Part shown: in pieces, positions 48,521-63,246 of the stretch
Position numbering within the stretch: the first letter of the stretch is position 1
Layout of the letters: the number at the start of each line of letters is the position of its first letter
Assembly (NCBI GenBank): GCA_001687465.1
Contig: LVLI01000241.1
Span: forward strand, 1-64,000
Origin: Halocafeteria seosinensis
Taxonomy: Eukaryota
Length of the DNA stretch: 64,000 nucleotides
Reading direction: 5' to 3'
Program-made: the position numbers and the translations under genes
The notes under the pieces: generated by a model
What the model saw: only the letters and a program-made list of their open reading frames with translations
The model's database searches: none
What the model was told of the DNA's origin: nothing

Positions 48521-50266
48521 ATGACGGAGGAGTCTGCTCAGAGCTATTCAGCATCTGATTCCAGGAATTCTGAGAACAATGATACACCTCTACCGATGCC
48601 AACGCTGATGCTGACGGAAGAGCATTTCAACGGGCGATATGGTGCATTTTTCCAGCGCTTGTATCAACGACTTCAATTGACGATTTCCGAGCGTACGCGA
48701 CTGGAGAACTTGTTGTAGGTAGACCTGAGATGACTTCCCTGATCTCATGCAATAAATTATTCTTGTCACATTGGTTGCTGCGCAACCTGCAGGAATGGAA
48801 CCGGACAATGGCCAGATGACAAGGAGGAACCCGTGGCCTCGATGTTTCAGCATCATGAGGCCTATAAGAGACAGATCATGACACAAATTTCCCGAAACTA
48901 CCAGGCGTATAATGAGCGGTTTGGTTTCACCAACGAAATATATGAGGGCAATAACAAGGAAGAAGAGCTAGCAGCAAACGGCGCTTCGGCTCCGACGTGG
49001 CCTGCTCCAGCCAGACCATACTCACCACCGGTGGCCTGGTCGAAGCAGCCGCGGAACAGCTCCATAGAGCTATCCCGGCGGACAAAGTGAGTGTTGCCTG
49101 TACATCCTACGCTGGTTTACAACCAATAAAGAGTGCAAGACCTGTTACGCCTGCTTCAGCTTAATCGAGATGATAAACTGTGTACACGCGAAGAAGCTGG
49201 ACAACGCTCGCAGACTTCATCACATACGAGAATTGACCAACGTGAGCTCCGCATTCTCGTAGCGGATTGAACCGCTGGGATTTTAGAATAGAATGTGTCT
49301 TTAATCTTGCAGAAGTTTCTCCCCGAGAGCCTAAGGACAAAAGCTATCCATGACATGTATTCTCTCACCTGTGAAATCAGACACCGGATCCAAGAGATAA
49401 TTAGCAAATGCAGTGACGAGAACAATAACTTCACGATGCCACGAATAAACGATCTTCGATTGGGCTTTTTTGTGTCAGGATGTGAATCTGCGTCGACCAT
49501 ACCAAGAACAGAATTCAATTTTGCATGGCTACAGTTGGTTTCGTTGGTGAAGAGCATGGAAGACGCTGCGAGCGATATGCTTGCAGCCCGGGTACGCGGT
49601 CTCAACCGAGTAACAATCGACAGCAATCGAAGTATTCCAATAGTCGATGAAAGTGAACGCTCGTATAAGATACTTAATTGGTTCTATGATCTACCTCGTT
49701 GTGAAGTTTCAACAACCGGTGATGGCGCTGAAGTTACGCTTCCAGTCAAGTCAAAGGAAGTTGACGGTGAGTCATATAAGATCCCCGTCGCAGCTCCAAA
49801 GTTCACAGAGGATGAATCAGTCCGAGAGTTTCATATGCGGATGTGCCTAGTTATTAGAGCTTTTCAGCAAAGGCTCTACATCATTACAAAGTTCTGTACA
49901 CAGATTCCCTCCAACCAGTCAACATATTGCGTCTTACAGTCACCGCAAACACAGCAGGAAACCGTGACTGAGTACAATGAGAACCCCTTTGGATCTCCAA
50001 AAGAAAATAGTAGTAAAGTCGTCAGCGAGGCATCCTTATTTCGTGACTTGGATACGGATTCACTGGAAGCAATACAGTTCGATAAAGAAGTGCAATTCCC
50101 CTTCAGACGTTCTGACTTTGCCAAAGTCTTTCGAGAGTTACCAATCTCGGCTGAAAATGCTCAAGCATGTAATTTAAAACTTAATACGGCGGTGAACATG
50201 TTACTCCACAATATGCGGTTTACCCTTCACATTTTGAGAAATGCCGAATTGAGAGGTCAGCATTAA
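48521..50266 (+). CDS. Hypothetical protein, 4 exons
   Basis: Exons ~48521-48714, ~48793-49087, 49160-49241, 49313-50266 with GT-AG junctions (last two checked for phase); no recognised domain. Confidence 0.65.
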
Positions 50267-50715
50267 TCGATACTCACAAAGAACTACAGTATCCTAATTT
50301 ATGGTCAACCTTATTCGGGGTACCACATTCTCGTTGATGGGTACATTTCCTGATCCCGTTCATACGATACATGGCACATGCTTACGACTTGAATGAGAAG
50401 ATATGGGCAGGATGCCAACTTGAAGCGAGGCGATGAGTCAACTTTGATGTCGCAAGTCTCATTCTATATGTTTGTAAGGATACTGCTTGTTAAACACAGG
50501 ATCTAGATGATGACTGTTAAATTTTTGTTTTGTTTGTTTCATTAAGACGCCATAGCTGTCTTGGAGGGTCCGTGTATTGCTCTGGAATAGAGATCGCGCG
50601 CGTTAGTTGAGTTGGCTTGCGACGGCTGTGTTCCAGGGAGGCGATTTGCGGTAGGCATATGTCGCGGATGGGTTTTCTTTGATGGTTTCGCCTCCCCTCT
50701 GAGAGGTCGACGCAC

Positions 50716-53700
50716 ATGTCGAATTTAGCAGTAGATGTGTCGGCTTCCTGGCTCTCGCCCGGAAGTGGTCCGGCAACCCTTAACACCACCACCACCGGAG
50801 CCAGAGATGCGCCAGCATTCACATTCAGCGGTGTCGATGATTCCCAGCGCTCGGATAAAGATGGGGACGAGAGCTCTGCATCCAATCAGCAAGATGGGAA
50901 TCAACACAAGAAACACAGTAAGTCTATCAGACGTACGGCCACTGCCGCTCGGTTGGCAGATATGTTGGGATACAAACGGACATACGAGAATGGGGCAATT
51001 CAAATTCAGGTACGATCGCGTTCGCTTTGATGTATCAAGTTGTTACGTACGGTTCAGATGTAATTTTTCTTGTTTGTGCAGCGGATATGGAAAGGATTTT
51101 TGGCCCGCACTAAGATTCTCCCACCGCTTTCCCAACGGCAAAAGGTCACGTCTTCCTGGGGACAGCAACGTTTATTCCAGTTCTGCTTACAATTGCAAAA
51201 TGCCTTTTATAGCACATGTGAATCTAAGGGGTTACCATTTTCGGAAGGGACAGCTGCTTCGACGGATAATTCTGACTGCGGCGGGCGCCGACAGTCGATT
51301 CCCCAGCTGGACAATTCTACACGAGGAGAGGTTGGCGGGGATCCGGATCACATAAGAACTGGGGATATCCACGACTTGACTTATGCGGGGAAAATAAGAA
51401 AACGTAAGGGGTCTCCAGCTTTGGACATACCCTTTGCAACTTCACCGTTCGGCTATTGTTATACTGAAAAGCTAAACGAGGGAACTGTGTTCGTTCTAAT
51501 GAAAATAGCAGGGTTGCTCACGAATCAAACTACATGGTCTAGTATCCGGCAATTGTTCTCAGGCAATGCTAGTATTAACTTTTTGGAGTCATCGTTACAG
51601 CATCTATACTGGGGATTCCGGTATTTCAGTAGCTCGGTCGGTGGTAGAATATCCTCTGACGAATGCTCCCGTTTGGTAAGTCGACCTCCTACCAACAGCA
51701 TCTTGGGTTCTATCATCGATATTGTGCGACACCCTACAGATTCATTTATTACGGTTACATGACTTGGCTCCAATGGAAGTTGCCAATTTTATAAACTCCC
51801 AGCGCTGGTTCCCTTGGCAAAGGTTCGTAGACACTACCGGTGACTCAAACACTACTTTCTAGTTCGACCCTTTTCGTCCTTCCAGGATCCGAGCCTTTGT
51901 AGAACAACATGCGGATCAGATGTTCGAAGCAATGTGCAGAAGTGAAACACCATTGGTTGCGACTGACCTCATTTTTTCAGCGTTAGATTTCAATCAATTT
52001 AGCAGTTTTCTGAGATCCTTATCTCTCCAAATAAGACCTCCGGACAATGCCTGCCCATGTAATGGATGCAGAGACGTCTTTAGACACCACAACAAGACGT
52101 ATAGAGAAAGATCTATTGAGTCACTGGTAACCCCTGGACATGAAAACTACGCTGTACAGAAGTGTTTGGAACATAACTTGTTCCCTGCTGTGGATCGATT
52201 GGGTCCATTTCTTACGCAGGTTGTGAACTATGATTGGTATAAAGTCCTTATGTCCACACGATGTAGAGACACTATGTGCAGCATCGAGACATCGTTCAAA
52301 CACATTTACGAATTTTACAGCGGAGCGCTGTCTACACAAAGTCTAATGTCATCAGTAGAAGAGTCTCAGAGTTCTCAAAACACTAGAACTCAGGAAGGCG
52401 CGAAGGTGTCTTTCCAGCAGCTGTGGCTACTGCTCTATGATTTTGGGATTGTGCCATCTATCATCTCCTCGGCAGACGTAAGACCCTTGTCAATTCATTG
52501 TCGTCTAGGAAGTGTAAGCGCCCACACAGGTTGCTCGCATGGATGGGAATTAGAGGAACGTGACGCCCCGAACGTGCAGAATCGGTACGCTGCGTAGTAT
52601 AAAGTGTGCTCCATAAAAATCAGCAGATACTGGCATTGGTGTTTCTGATCATCAGGATTTGTCGCTTTTGCGGGACAATCAAACATGAAAATCCTCCGTT
52701 TGAGAAGTTTGTCCTCCAAAAGGCCTGGAGAATTTGGAAGGCTCGGCGGACCTCAGTTAACAACGACGTCAGGGGTACATCCATCCAAGCCGTAAGTATA
52801 ACGCGTTGCTTCAAGTCCCTCTTTATAGTGGCACTATGTATCGTTGCCTAAACCCTGTCCAGTTTCTGGAAGCATGCGGGAAAGGCATGAGCTCCAACGC
52901 TGTGCGGAATCATATTTCGCCTCGCATTCTGGCGAGTGAAGTAGACTTTGAGTAAGTAACACGATTTGGCGCTACATCATAATCCTGTGTTTGCATTCTT
53001 CCTACGGTTTTTCAGGTCTCTTTGGAATGCTCTTTTGGAGGCAGAACAGAACCACTACGAATGTGCGGTAACAAAATTCTCTTGCCCCGAGGTTGTCCTT
53101 CTTATAGGAGTCGTTGGACATATCGCTGATTCGATGGAACGAGGGCGAGACGATCCATCTTTCAAAATTCGGTGGATTTTCTATGATGTGATCGCCCACA
53201 TCTACGAGAAAGTATTTGACGAGACGCTTCATCGTGGACCAGAATTAAGTATCCTAACCCAGGATAAAGACCTACCTGAGATTAAAGCAGACGTAAGGTC
53301 AAGGTTGTGCGAACAGCTTCCCTTGTATGGTTCGGAAAGTGAAGATAACCCTGGTGAACCAGTGGTCGATATTGTAGGGTTCCGGGAGTTTGTGTCCGAT
53401 CTCCGCGTTTTCCGTTCGCTGACTTATTCTATGGTCATTGACGTGTTTACGGGCACCAAAAGGAATCCAAATGCGCGGAACGCTTCCGGATTCCAGGTCT
53501 TGAACAAAACGGAATTTGTTCACGCTGTTGAAGAACTGATGATAGAGTGTTTCCTTCTGGGTAAGCAACAGGAGCATCATGCAACGCGCAAGGAATACTA
53601 CGAGCCAATAAGTGCTAGAACTGGATGGACTCCAGAAAGTATCTGCTATCGAGTGTTGGCTCACAGGCTGCGTCTGCTTTGTTCTATGTACCCCCCTTCA

Positions 53701-55236
53701 GCGAAAGGGGGAAGACTTGGTATGAACAAGGAAAAGTCATACTTACGTCAATGTGATACCTCCTTCACCGACAGCGTGGATGTCTCTCAAACGTTAGCCA
53801 ATGTTTCGAAGAGATACGTGACTGACGTTGGTGGCTCCATCGCGCATAGTGAAGGCCGGTCTAAAGGACTTCTTCGTTACAAACCTAAGATGACTGAAAG
53901 CACGAGCAGTGAAGCCAGCTCTGCAATGGGTGAATATCCGAAAGTAAAGCACAGCGATGGAAGGGCGCATAGCACGTTATCCGCGCGCGGAGGGAACGAG
54001 ACAGACGGGTCGTCCCGCCACTCATCCACTTGGATTGACCGGAAGATACGACAGAATTTATCAGAAAATACTTCCCCATATGAGCGAATGTTTCATTTTG
54101 ATATGCTGTATGAGAACTCGTGTCCTCATTCTTTTAACCTGTTCGAAGGCTGCGGAAACGTTGTCACTACAGACTTTCGATATCTGTTGAGGAAACTTCA
54201 TGACCGCCATTTCGAAACACACGCAAGGCGATTGGTTGCTTTGACTATTCGTAACTCCGACTGTTATAGAAGTGATACGGCGCATGCTCTCGCTCTTGCA
54301 TTGACTGCCCTTACAACTGCACCAACTAATTGCTGCCATGTAGTCAAGTCTCTCGAGACCTGGATGGACGGTATTTCGGTGATGCATGGGAAGCTGTTGG
54401 ATTTGTTTCGTCATACGGCTGACCATGCCACCACTGTAAGACACTTCTATGCCCAATGGAATAGACATGTGGGTGAGTACAACCCTAGCGATGTCGGCGA
54501 CAAGGCTAGTTCCTCAAGGGAGAACTTCGAGAAAGATCCGAAGAGCACAGCATTTGACGAAAATACGTTTGGAAAGAATTCGAAGCAATCATCTTCGGCA
54601 GCCTCTAGCAGGCGCTCTACTGATGCTACAGAAAAAGCCTCACCGCGGAGTTCAATAAGCAAAGGCAGCGGATATGCGTCGCCACCTCCTTCGTATAAGT
54701 CAAGGAGGTATAGTGCTCCGAATCTGTCTGACGTCCCCGAGAAGAAATTCTCAGCACTCAAGGGTTCACCGGAGGAGAAAGAAGTCCAGTCAGACAAGCA
54801 TAGGCGTTCTTCAATTGAGGTCACGGCACAGCAAAGGCTGAATCAAGTTGTTCCAGAAGGTCCTCATATTGAGAAGCTTACCGTGCTTCAGTCATCGCTG
54901 CCTTACGGTGATAAGAGTACGAGTGCCGCAACGCCGAAACGAAGCTGTCGCGGGCGCCAATTGAAATTATCTGATAAAGCAGTATCCCACGCTCCTTCTC
55001 CTCCCTCGAATGGTCGTTTGGGTTCCTTTCATCTATACAGGGTACGACATGAGAAGACGCTGCAAAAGCAATATGAAGCCCTGGTCAGGAACATGGTGAT
55101 GAACGACACTACCCCTGCTCACATGTACAATGAGGCCGCTCGTTTTTTGCGAGAGCAGGAGTCCAAGGCGAGCAAGGATCCAAGACATAAGGCCTCACTA
55201 CGGCGGAAAACTACTTTGGTGAAGAAGAGGAGATGA
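50716..55236 (+). CDS. Hypothetical IQ-motif protein, multi-exon
   Basis: Splicing at 51009 creates AIQIQ|RIWKGFLAR; a second IQ-like LQKAWRIWKARR near 52715; successive long + strand ORFs separated by intron-sized gaps. Could be two genes. Confidence 0.65.
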
Positions 55237-55437
55237 TGTTTCTGGGTATTTTGGCTTCTGCCGGGGACTCTTAGCACAGCCTTTACCATTACAATCGAAT
55301 ATATATTGTTGTTTATCGATGCAACTCTCTCATTTCGAGCAGTACTCACATTTGAACTTTCAACAGCATACACTGTTCCGCTAAAGTCATGCGTACACCA
55401 GCCGCATGTATCCGGCTTACAAGAAGCAAATTCAAAA

Positions 55438-57546
55438 CTAATTCAAACCAGCACCGTTTTCCAATGCGGCAACGAACCCAATAGAAAGTGGGAATAACAG
55501 AAGCGCTATAATGGCGTGCCAGGTAGGAGGGTGACGAGTGCGCAGGGCCAATAGCCCCATAACAACCTCTACAACCAAAATTGCCAATACTTCTGCAGTA
55601 AACGACCATTCCAAACCTCGGAAGTAAATGAGAGCTAGGAAGAGGGACAGTCCAAAAGTGTTGTTCATAGTTGCCGCACCCAATAAAGCGGAGAATGTCA
55701 TCGTGATGGATGCCGATGTTCTTTTCCTCGCAAAAAGGATGCTTGAAATAACTTCACTGGCATTGGAAACCAATGGTGTTACGATGAAGGAAACGTAAAA
55801 CGGAGGGACATGCATTCGGCTGCCAATTACAGAGAGAAGGCTCACCATGGGGTCGGAAAATAGGATAACCATACCCAATCCACCAAACATGAGTCCTAGT
55901 GCTTTTAGCAAGATCTGTTTTCTAGTCAAATGCGCATTTTCTTCTTCGAGTTCGTTATTCTCTGTTTCCTCGTCCTGCACTACTGTTGCCTTCGCAGCTT
56001 CAAAACTTTCTTTCCTTTCTTTCGCAGGGCGGTTAAGAGACTGCAATGCTGAGTCAGCGCTTCGTCTTTCGGAAGGTTCATGACTGCTATATTCTTGTAA
56101 CCAAACATAGAACATTTGCTCGAATTCGTCAAAATCTGCATTGTCTTTTCAGTTTCATTGTACAATGTCGTTACCCCAGGTACAACTGGTGTGGTTCTTA
56201 CCAATCGCGCCATCGGCATCGACATCGAATCGTACAAATAAGCTGTCAACATCTTCAGCATTAATACTTGAAACATCTTTCAGCCGCATCGCATCTTTCA
56301 GTAAGAATCGCAGCTCATATTTGTCAATGTGCTGCATAAGCAGATCCAATGAGGCATACCACGACGACATCAAAGCCGCAATCACTTACACCACTCTTGT
56401 CGAAATCCGAATGCTCGAATAACTCCCGAAGAATTGGACGTGCTCGTTGACAGTACGCTTGAGCTTCTTTGTCATCTTCTAGCAGTTGCTCCTGTAACCT
56501 CCCGGTTTGCGCTTTCTCAGACAGCTTTTCCGCAAACAGAGAACCTAGTGAAACGTGTACATCACGTTGAAAGGCCCGTTTCCTGGCAGCACGTTAAACG
56601 CGAGAAACAGCACCATAGCCATTGGGCTGAATTGTCTACCCATTAGTTCACAAGTTTTAGTTACCTTGACTGCGCCATTCGCCTTTCTTGCTGTTCCAAG
56701 GCAGCTGAGCTAAAGACTTGATAAATGCTGTAGGCAATGAAGAGAATACACGCGATGATGAATCCCGCTAGTGCCCAATATTTCTCTTGATGCGCAGCAT
56801 CGTGATGTATCGTCTTCGCATTATCTTTATCGTGTTTAAATGCGGGCCCTTGGATGATCAGATACGTGATCGCGGTGCCCAACATGATAATCGCATTCCG
56901 AGGAACTTCCTTTGTCGTCCCTACACCTGTTTTTCGAAGACTACAGCCGTTTCGGAGTTTTAAGGCTTCCCTATCGTATTGGGCTTTGCCTGAACACAAA
57001 TATAAGCACTGAACCGCACTGGTACTGCACTCTTCGCGTTGCTGATTCCTACCTTTATCCGTCAAGTCGATTCGCCCCATAAGTTGGCACAGTCCCCACG
57101 GTACCGTTAAAAGCATGATCGTCGATCCCTGCATAAGAATCTCTCTCTAAAACTCTTAGTTCATGCACGTTAACCACAAACACGTACCGCCAGAGTTCCA
57201 ACACCAACCGCCACATTCTCCTGAGCAGTACTTTTGGGTCCCAAGCCGGAGAAGAGGATAATCGCTCCATCGGGAACTGCGGAACGCAACGATAGCCTCG
57301 AGAACGTAGTCAAACCCGTGTAAACCACCTGATCGACTTACCGGCGCCCATAACGGGAAGTATCAATCCTCCTACCAACCCGGGGCTCATTAGCAGAGTT
57401 AATAATTCGCTTCCATCAGCTATCATGTTCGACGCCAGAAACAGTATGTACCCGTAAATGCACATCAGGATCAGAAGAGCCACGAACCCCGTGGCATCGT
57501 CTGAAACACCACTAGGGTCCACAAAGAGCTTATCAATGCCAGACAT
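55438..57546 (-). CDS. Na+/Ca2+ exchanger-like protein with EF-hand (NCL/EF-CAX type), multi-exon
   Basis: Alpha-1 repeat GSELL...GGLILPVMGA|VPDG, GVGTLA|GSTIMLLT; EF-hand LFVRFDVDADGAI; alpha-2 repeat FSDPMV...PFYVSFIVTPLVSNASE, ATMNN, GLEWSFTAEV. Confidence 0.93.
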
Positions 57547-58271
57547 GGCTTACGGCGAGGACGAGGGTACTTCCTCCGTCTACAGCACTATGTTCACCAC
57601 AAATACCCCGTCATGCACACACACATGACTCTATTGACAGAGTCTTTTCAAGCCGAAAAACTACCGTCAGAGTGTAATAAGCCCAGGAGGAACCTCCAAC
57701 GTCCGAGGAGTGTGTGTCGCAGCAGACCAACCTCTGTAGTCTACAGGCTGTAGAAGTGGAATTGGGAACTCCTACTTTACAGAGTAACTCACCGACATTA
57801 CTGAGTTCCATAAAGGTGTTGTAGACAAATTGTAGTGTAATGAACAGCTAAATGGAGCCATGGCGTGACTATTAAGACACAATGAACTACTGCTGCTCCA
57901 GGAATGCTAATTGTTGGTCATCATGTGCAGATTTCGAAGCTTATGCCAGATAGATTTTCTCATCAAACCTTAAAGACAACAATACTGAGTGGTAAGAATC
58001 TCCAACATAGGAGGTTTCATCCTACAGGATATACCCTATTAAGTGTGCTCACTGGCGGAGCCTGAACAGCGTCGCCGTAGAAACGTGCCAGTGACAGCCT
58101 GGTGGCTGACAACGGCAACATTTTCTAGTTCACCGTTGCACACCATCTTTGTCCAAATATAATTGCACTCGATTCGGCCATTGCATCACCGTGATTTGGC
58201 GACACCATGGAAACGCCCTCTCCAGCATTCAGGGTGACTAAAGCGCTGAACGTGCTTTTTTCCAGCCGCCA

Positions 58272-59080
58272 TTATCTCTTGTGATGAAATAAACGATTTA
58301 ATCCATGTCGCGAAGGACTGTAATTCTTCCGCGAGCCAGAAGTGCGAGGCTCAGGAGATCGTCGAGACCACCAAATAAAACCAAGACCCAAGACAACTAT
58401 AGAACCGACAATCAGCAGACCATATAAGCCTCCTGCAAGGTAAGATACAATCAATTAAGTTAAAGTTCTCAAGAGTCGGAGACTTGGAGAAATGAACGTA
58501 CTTTGCTGCATTTTAACCTGATAAAAGTCTAACATCTGAGATCCTCGTTTGTGAAGTGGGTCCACGCGAAGTAATTCCACTATCATATCTTTGCATTTCC
58601 TGTATTCCCCCAGTCGATAATATCCTAAACTCCTAAAGAAGAGTGCCTCCGTCATGTATTCACTGCTCCGACAGAGCTCTGCATTGAAAGTCATATGGCC
58701 TCCTCCTAGGGACATGAAGCGGCTGGGCTGATTCCACAATCAAACAGACTTACCCGCCATGAGCCCTATTCCCTCTGTTATATGTTCCCGCTTATTACTC
58801 CTCAGTAGCGCTTTGGCGTAGCTGAATTGGCGAGAAAGGTTCTCATCGACTGAGCTTTGACCATACCCATCGTGAAATGCCTTGCGTGAAGTCTGCAAGC
58901 GTTTACACCATACAAAACGGCGATTCTACAGGACTTTCCAAACACATTGAGACATACATTTAGTGTATCCTGTGAGAACTCATTCTCAAAATCGCGTAGA
59001 AAACGCTCCATTGCTTCCTCGGGGGATTGGAAGTCATCGTGGTGCTCAGGAGAGCCACTTCCATGGTCATCGTGGCTCAT
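58272..59080 (-). CDS. FIS1: Mitochondrial fission protein FIS1 (TPR, tail-anchored), multi-exon
   Basis: QFSYAKALLRS...EGIGLM, EALFFRSLGYYRLGEY...LLRVDPLH, C-terminal TM GLYGLLIVGSIVVLGLGFIWW followed by basic residues. Confidence 0.85.
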
Positions 59081-59391
59081 GGCTGACCAATATACAGAGC
59101 ACCAAGATTACAAATTTTTTCAGAAAGCGACACAATTCTACACACGCAAATTGATTAAGTAGGGGAGGAAATATGGTCACAGGGAGTGTGGCAATTTTTA
59201 ACAAACCATGTCACCCTCGAAGTTCAGGCTGGAACTTAGCGGTGAAGTCGTTTTAACAGAGGGATTCTGCGTTCACGTATTTGAACGTGACGTTTATCCT
59301 TCGAGTATGATACTAACTATAGAACGTGTTAATATTCTTGGTTTATTTGGCTGTTCACATTAAGTGCTGCTATGACCGATTACCCGATACC

Positions 59392-62300
59392 CTAATGACC
59401 ACGACTACTTCGGTGCCTTGATTGGGATTTTCGACCCGATGTTGGGGTTCTTGCAGAATGATGAGGCGTCGCAGTACGTTCCCTAGAAGAACGATGTTGC
59501 GGTGAAAAGTAAGATAGTTGCCCTTCATTTGTGTCTGAGAGTGATTCTTCATCCCAGCTGTCCGCATTATCCGTCTCTACGGAGACTGGACTGTATTCTC
59601 GTTCTTCCTCACGACTAGACTCCCGACCGTGCGTGTGCTGTTGACTTTCTCTCTGTGATCTGCCATTCCTGCTCGATGCCGGCGCAGCCCACCTTTGCTC
59701 GCCACTGTCCTCCTGAGTATAGCCACTTTGGTCAAAAGAACGAGAGGAGGTAAAGCTTTGGTTGTGACTTGTTTCTGGGAAGAAGTAACGCCCATCCCTC
59801 TGCGAGTCTCTACTCCCAGAGGGGGTGGAAACTTCGAAAGAGGTTTCTACTTCCCGATGGCTCTTTGGTGTTTTCGACACACGCGTGGAACGTTTCGTCG
59901 GAGGAGATGTCAACTTAGGAGTGCGAGGGTGAGATTTCGGAGTCGCAGACTGAGACCGTTTCTTCTTCGCTGGCGTGGATTTTGGCTTTACTGCGGGTCC
60001 GCCTAATGTCGATAGTACGCGGACCCCACTAGAAACGGTGTCCCCTGCCAGTCGTTTGGAAGGAGTGGTTGCCGTGCGTCTCTTTAACTTCCCCCGCGAA
60101 CTTCCTCCACTGACTTTGCTTGAGCTTGCACTTCTGGCTGAAGGAGTAGAAGCGCCTGACTTGCTCTTCTTGCTCTGTGTCCGCGATGGAGTCTTAGGAG
60201 TCCTGGGCACTTCTTTTCCCTTCTCTGTGCCAGTAAATCTGTCAATAATATCTGCTAATCTGTTTTCTGTCGCCGGAGGAAATGAAACGCGTGGAGTGTC
60301 ACTTCGACCTGCCCCTTTCATGACAGACTTCTTCTTCCTTTTCTGAGGCCGCGGCTGTTCATCACGCTGTTCTTCCTGTTGCTGGGACTCGTCGGTTTGC
60401 TTATCAAGTGTCTTGGCCTTTTGTCGAAGAAACGTCTCGTCTGCCTGAGAACTGCCCGTCCTCGGTTGTCTCCCCATTTGATACTGTCGGATTTCGTTGT
60501 CTTTTTGCGACAGCAGCGATAAGGCATTCTCTAATAACCCCGCCTGCTCCTTCATCCTGTTACGATATTCCTCGATCCGATTCTGCCCGGAAAGTCAGAC
60601 ATGTTGCGCGTGCATTGATAGTCTTCCTTGGTACAAATTTAACGTACCTGATAGTGGTTGATGCTTTCAATGTACTGCGAACGTTCATGAGTTAATTCAT
60701 CAACTTGGCGGGTCAAGCGCTCCTTGCTTTCCCGTAGCTCTCGCTCGCGCGAAGAGTATGAAGCTTGGTTTCTCTCAATATCATTGACCTTTCGCTTCAA
60801 TTCAGCGATTTCGTCGTCTTTAGAAGAATTCTGTTCTTTGAAATCTTCAATCTGTTGTTCCTTCTCTTTCAATTTCTTTTTGAGTTTGCGATACTGCTCG
60901 TGATATTTCCCACTCTGCGCACCAAGAGAGACATATTCCTAAGAATAGACCCGAAGTACCCCATACCCATACCTTATACTCGTCTCTTGCTTCTCTGGAT
61001 TCCAGTTCCTCTTTCATATCTTTAACTTCACTTTCGGCAATCGTTTGCCTCCTCCAGGCTCCCTGGTCACAAGGACAAACAATACAATCTAACGGCAATC
61101 TCACCATGAGACGGAATATCTTCAAAGCATACTTGTAAAACGTTTATGAGCTTGCGTAAACCAGATGAAATATTTGGCAGAGATTCTACCAGCGAAGCAT
61201 CATCAAAGACATCCATCCATTGCTGAATTTGGTCTGGATTCTTAATAGTTTTCTCTAGGATACCGTGTACCTTCGCTTCCGCGTTCCTGATGTTGGATTT
61301 GAAGTTACTAAGTATTTCGTTCTGGTTGCGTAAGTCTTCACATCGGTTCTGCAGCGACTTGCACAGTTGTTCCGTCCGTTTCATAGCTTGTTTCAGTGCT
61401 TCTCTATCGTGCTTTCTATAGTTCGACACGACATTTCGTATTTCCGATACGACATTGTGGTATTCGCCGTCGTTTTGCGATGGACTCGTCGGAGAACCGT
61501 CTTCCTCTTCCAACAACGAGTCAGAGTCGTAGTCTTCGTCCTGGAATGTATCATTGCCTTTTCGAGAATGTCGAGATTTTCGGTTATGGCGGTCGTGTTT
61601 GATTCCGGAATATAATGATTCCACCCAAGCTTCAGGGTCATCTTTCAATAAGCGAAAACCAGTTTGGTAATAGAGTGCATCTGCCCTCTCCCTATACCTT
61701 TCAATTTCCTGCTCTGCTCGTTGCCACCGTCTCTCTTCAGTGTATTTTTCTTGTTCCAGCTGTTTCATTTTAGATTCAGCATCATTCTGCATCTCTAACA
61801 GCGCATGCCTACACAGCAGGATACAACCGTCCGAATGCTTCAGTAAGACTTACCTTTTCCTTTTCTAGCTGTCGCTCCCTTGTCGCATGATTAGTGATTT
61901 CTGATAGCAATTCTTGTTGAACAGCTTCTAGTTCTTGTATTTTCGACTCGTTTTGACTTTGAGTCGCCACCTGAGCAGACAATTCGGACTCGCGCTTGCG
62001 TAATTTTTCCACCTGCACGTATTGCGCAAACGATTAAATGCACGTATTAAGCCATACTCATGAGCCCATCCCTTACCTCTTGTTCCAGTTCTCTGGCCTT
62101 CTGGCTGTCGGACGACGATCGCTTGCTTTCCTCAGAGAGTTGATTGCGAGTTTGGATGAGCTCATGTTGGACCTGTTGATATTGATGTTGTAAGGGCTCA
62201 AGCTGGTTGACCCGATACTGCAGCTGACTCAACTCGCTGTGGAGTCGTTGCCGTTCTTGGTCTAATTGATTTATACGCGAATCCCTTTCCTGTATTTGAG

Positions 62301-63246
62301 GGGCGAACAAGTAAGTAAAGAGTGGGGATTGTGACAGGCCAACTAGCACGGAAACGTACAGCGAGGGTATTTTCATAGCTTTCTATATCATTCAGGGCTT
62401 GATTAAGTCGAGATTCTACTTGGGACTTCCCATCAGCATTGCTCCTTAGTTCAGAAAGTTTATCTTCTAGTTCTGTAGTATCAGATGGCAAGAAGTGGGG
62501 TTGGCGTGACACGTACAACGACAAGACGTGCACATACCTGCAACACGTTGAGATGTACGTTCTTGCATTTGCTTTTCTGTTTCCAATTGTGAGCGTAAAA
62601 GCTGGTTTTCAGCCCGTAAGTCTGAAGCATTATGCTGTTGGTTCGTTCGTTTGCTTTGGGATCCGCTAGCAACATTCCCGTGCGTTGAACGAGATTGTTC
62701 AGGCGTTGCAGCAGTGCTACGTGAACGCACGCTACTATAGTTCGGTCGTCCTCTATTCATTGATGCTGCCGTTGTATTTACCACCTGCATTATTAAGGGT
62801 ATATCAACTTGCTAGATTACGAACCGGTTGCAAAAGGGCACAACACTTACGCCCTTAGAATGCAAGGTCTCACGTGCATCCCTAATGTGGGTAGGTGGAG
62901 CGGTTGCTGCAACAGCAACTGCGGTGGGAGAAACAGGATCAGCTCTCTCTTCGTGAGTTTGGCCTCTATTAGAGTTCACCTCCGCCGTCCCACTGCGGGT
63001 CCTAGCCTGGGATGTCCTGGTGGCAGGAGCACGATAGGCGGTAGGCCGAGGTGTATCGTCCTTATGCGAACAGGCTTTCCCTATAGTTGTCGTCTCTGTA
63101 GAGCAGCGTACGGACGAGCGTTGGGTTCGCTTTTTCTGCAAATGACTCTCCAATTGATCGAGACGATTGTTGAGCGATTCCAGTGAATTCACAACTCCTT
63201 GATTGGCTTTACAGAACTCCAGGTAGGGGTTATAGTGTGATAGCAT
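59392..63246 (-). CDS. Hypothetical long coiled-coil protein with Ser/Thr/Pro/Lys-rich disordered tail, multi-exon
   Basis: Chain of minus-strand E/Q/K/L-rich heptad ORFs separated by GT-AG introns; the final exon has many TP[KRS] motifs. Confidence 0.75.
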
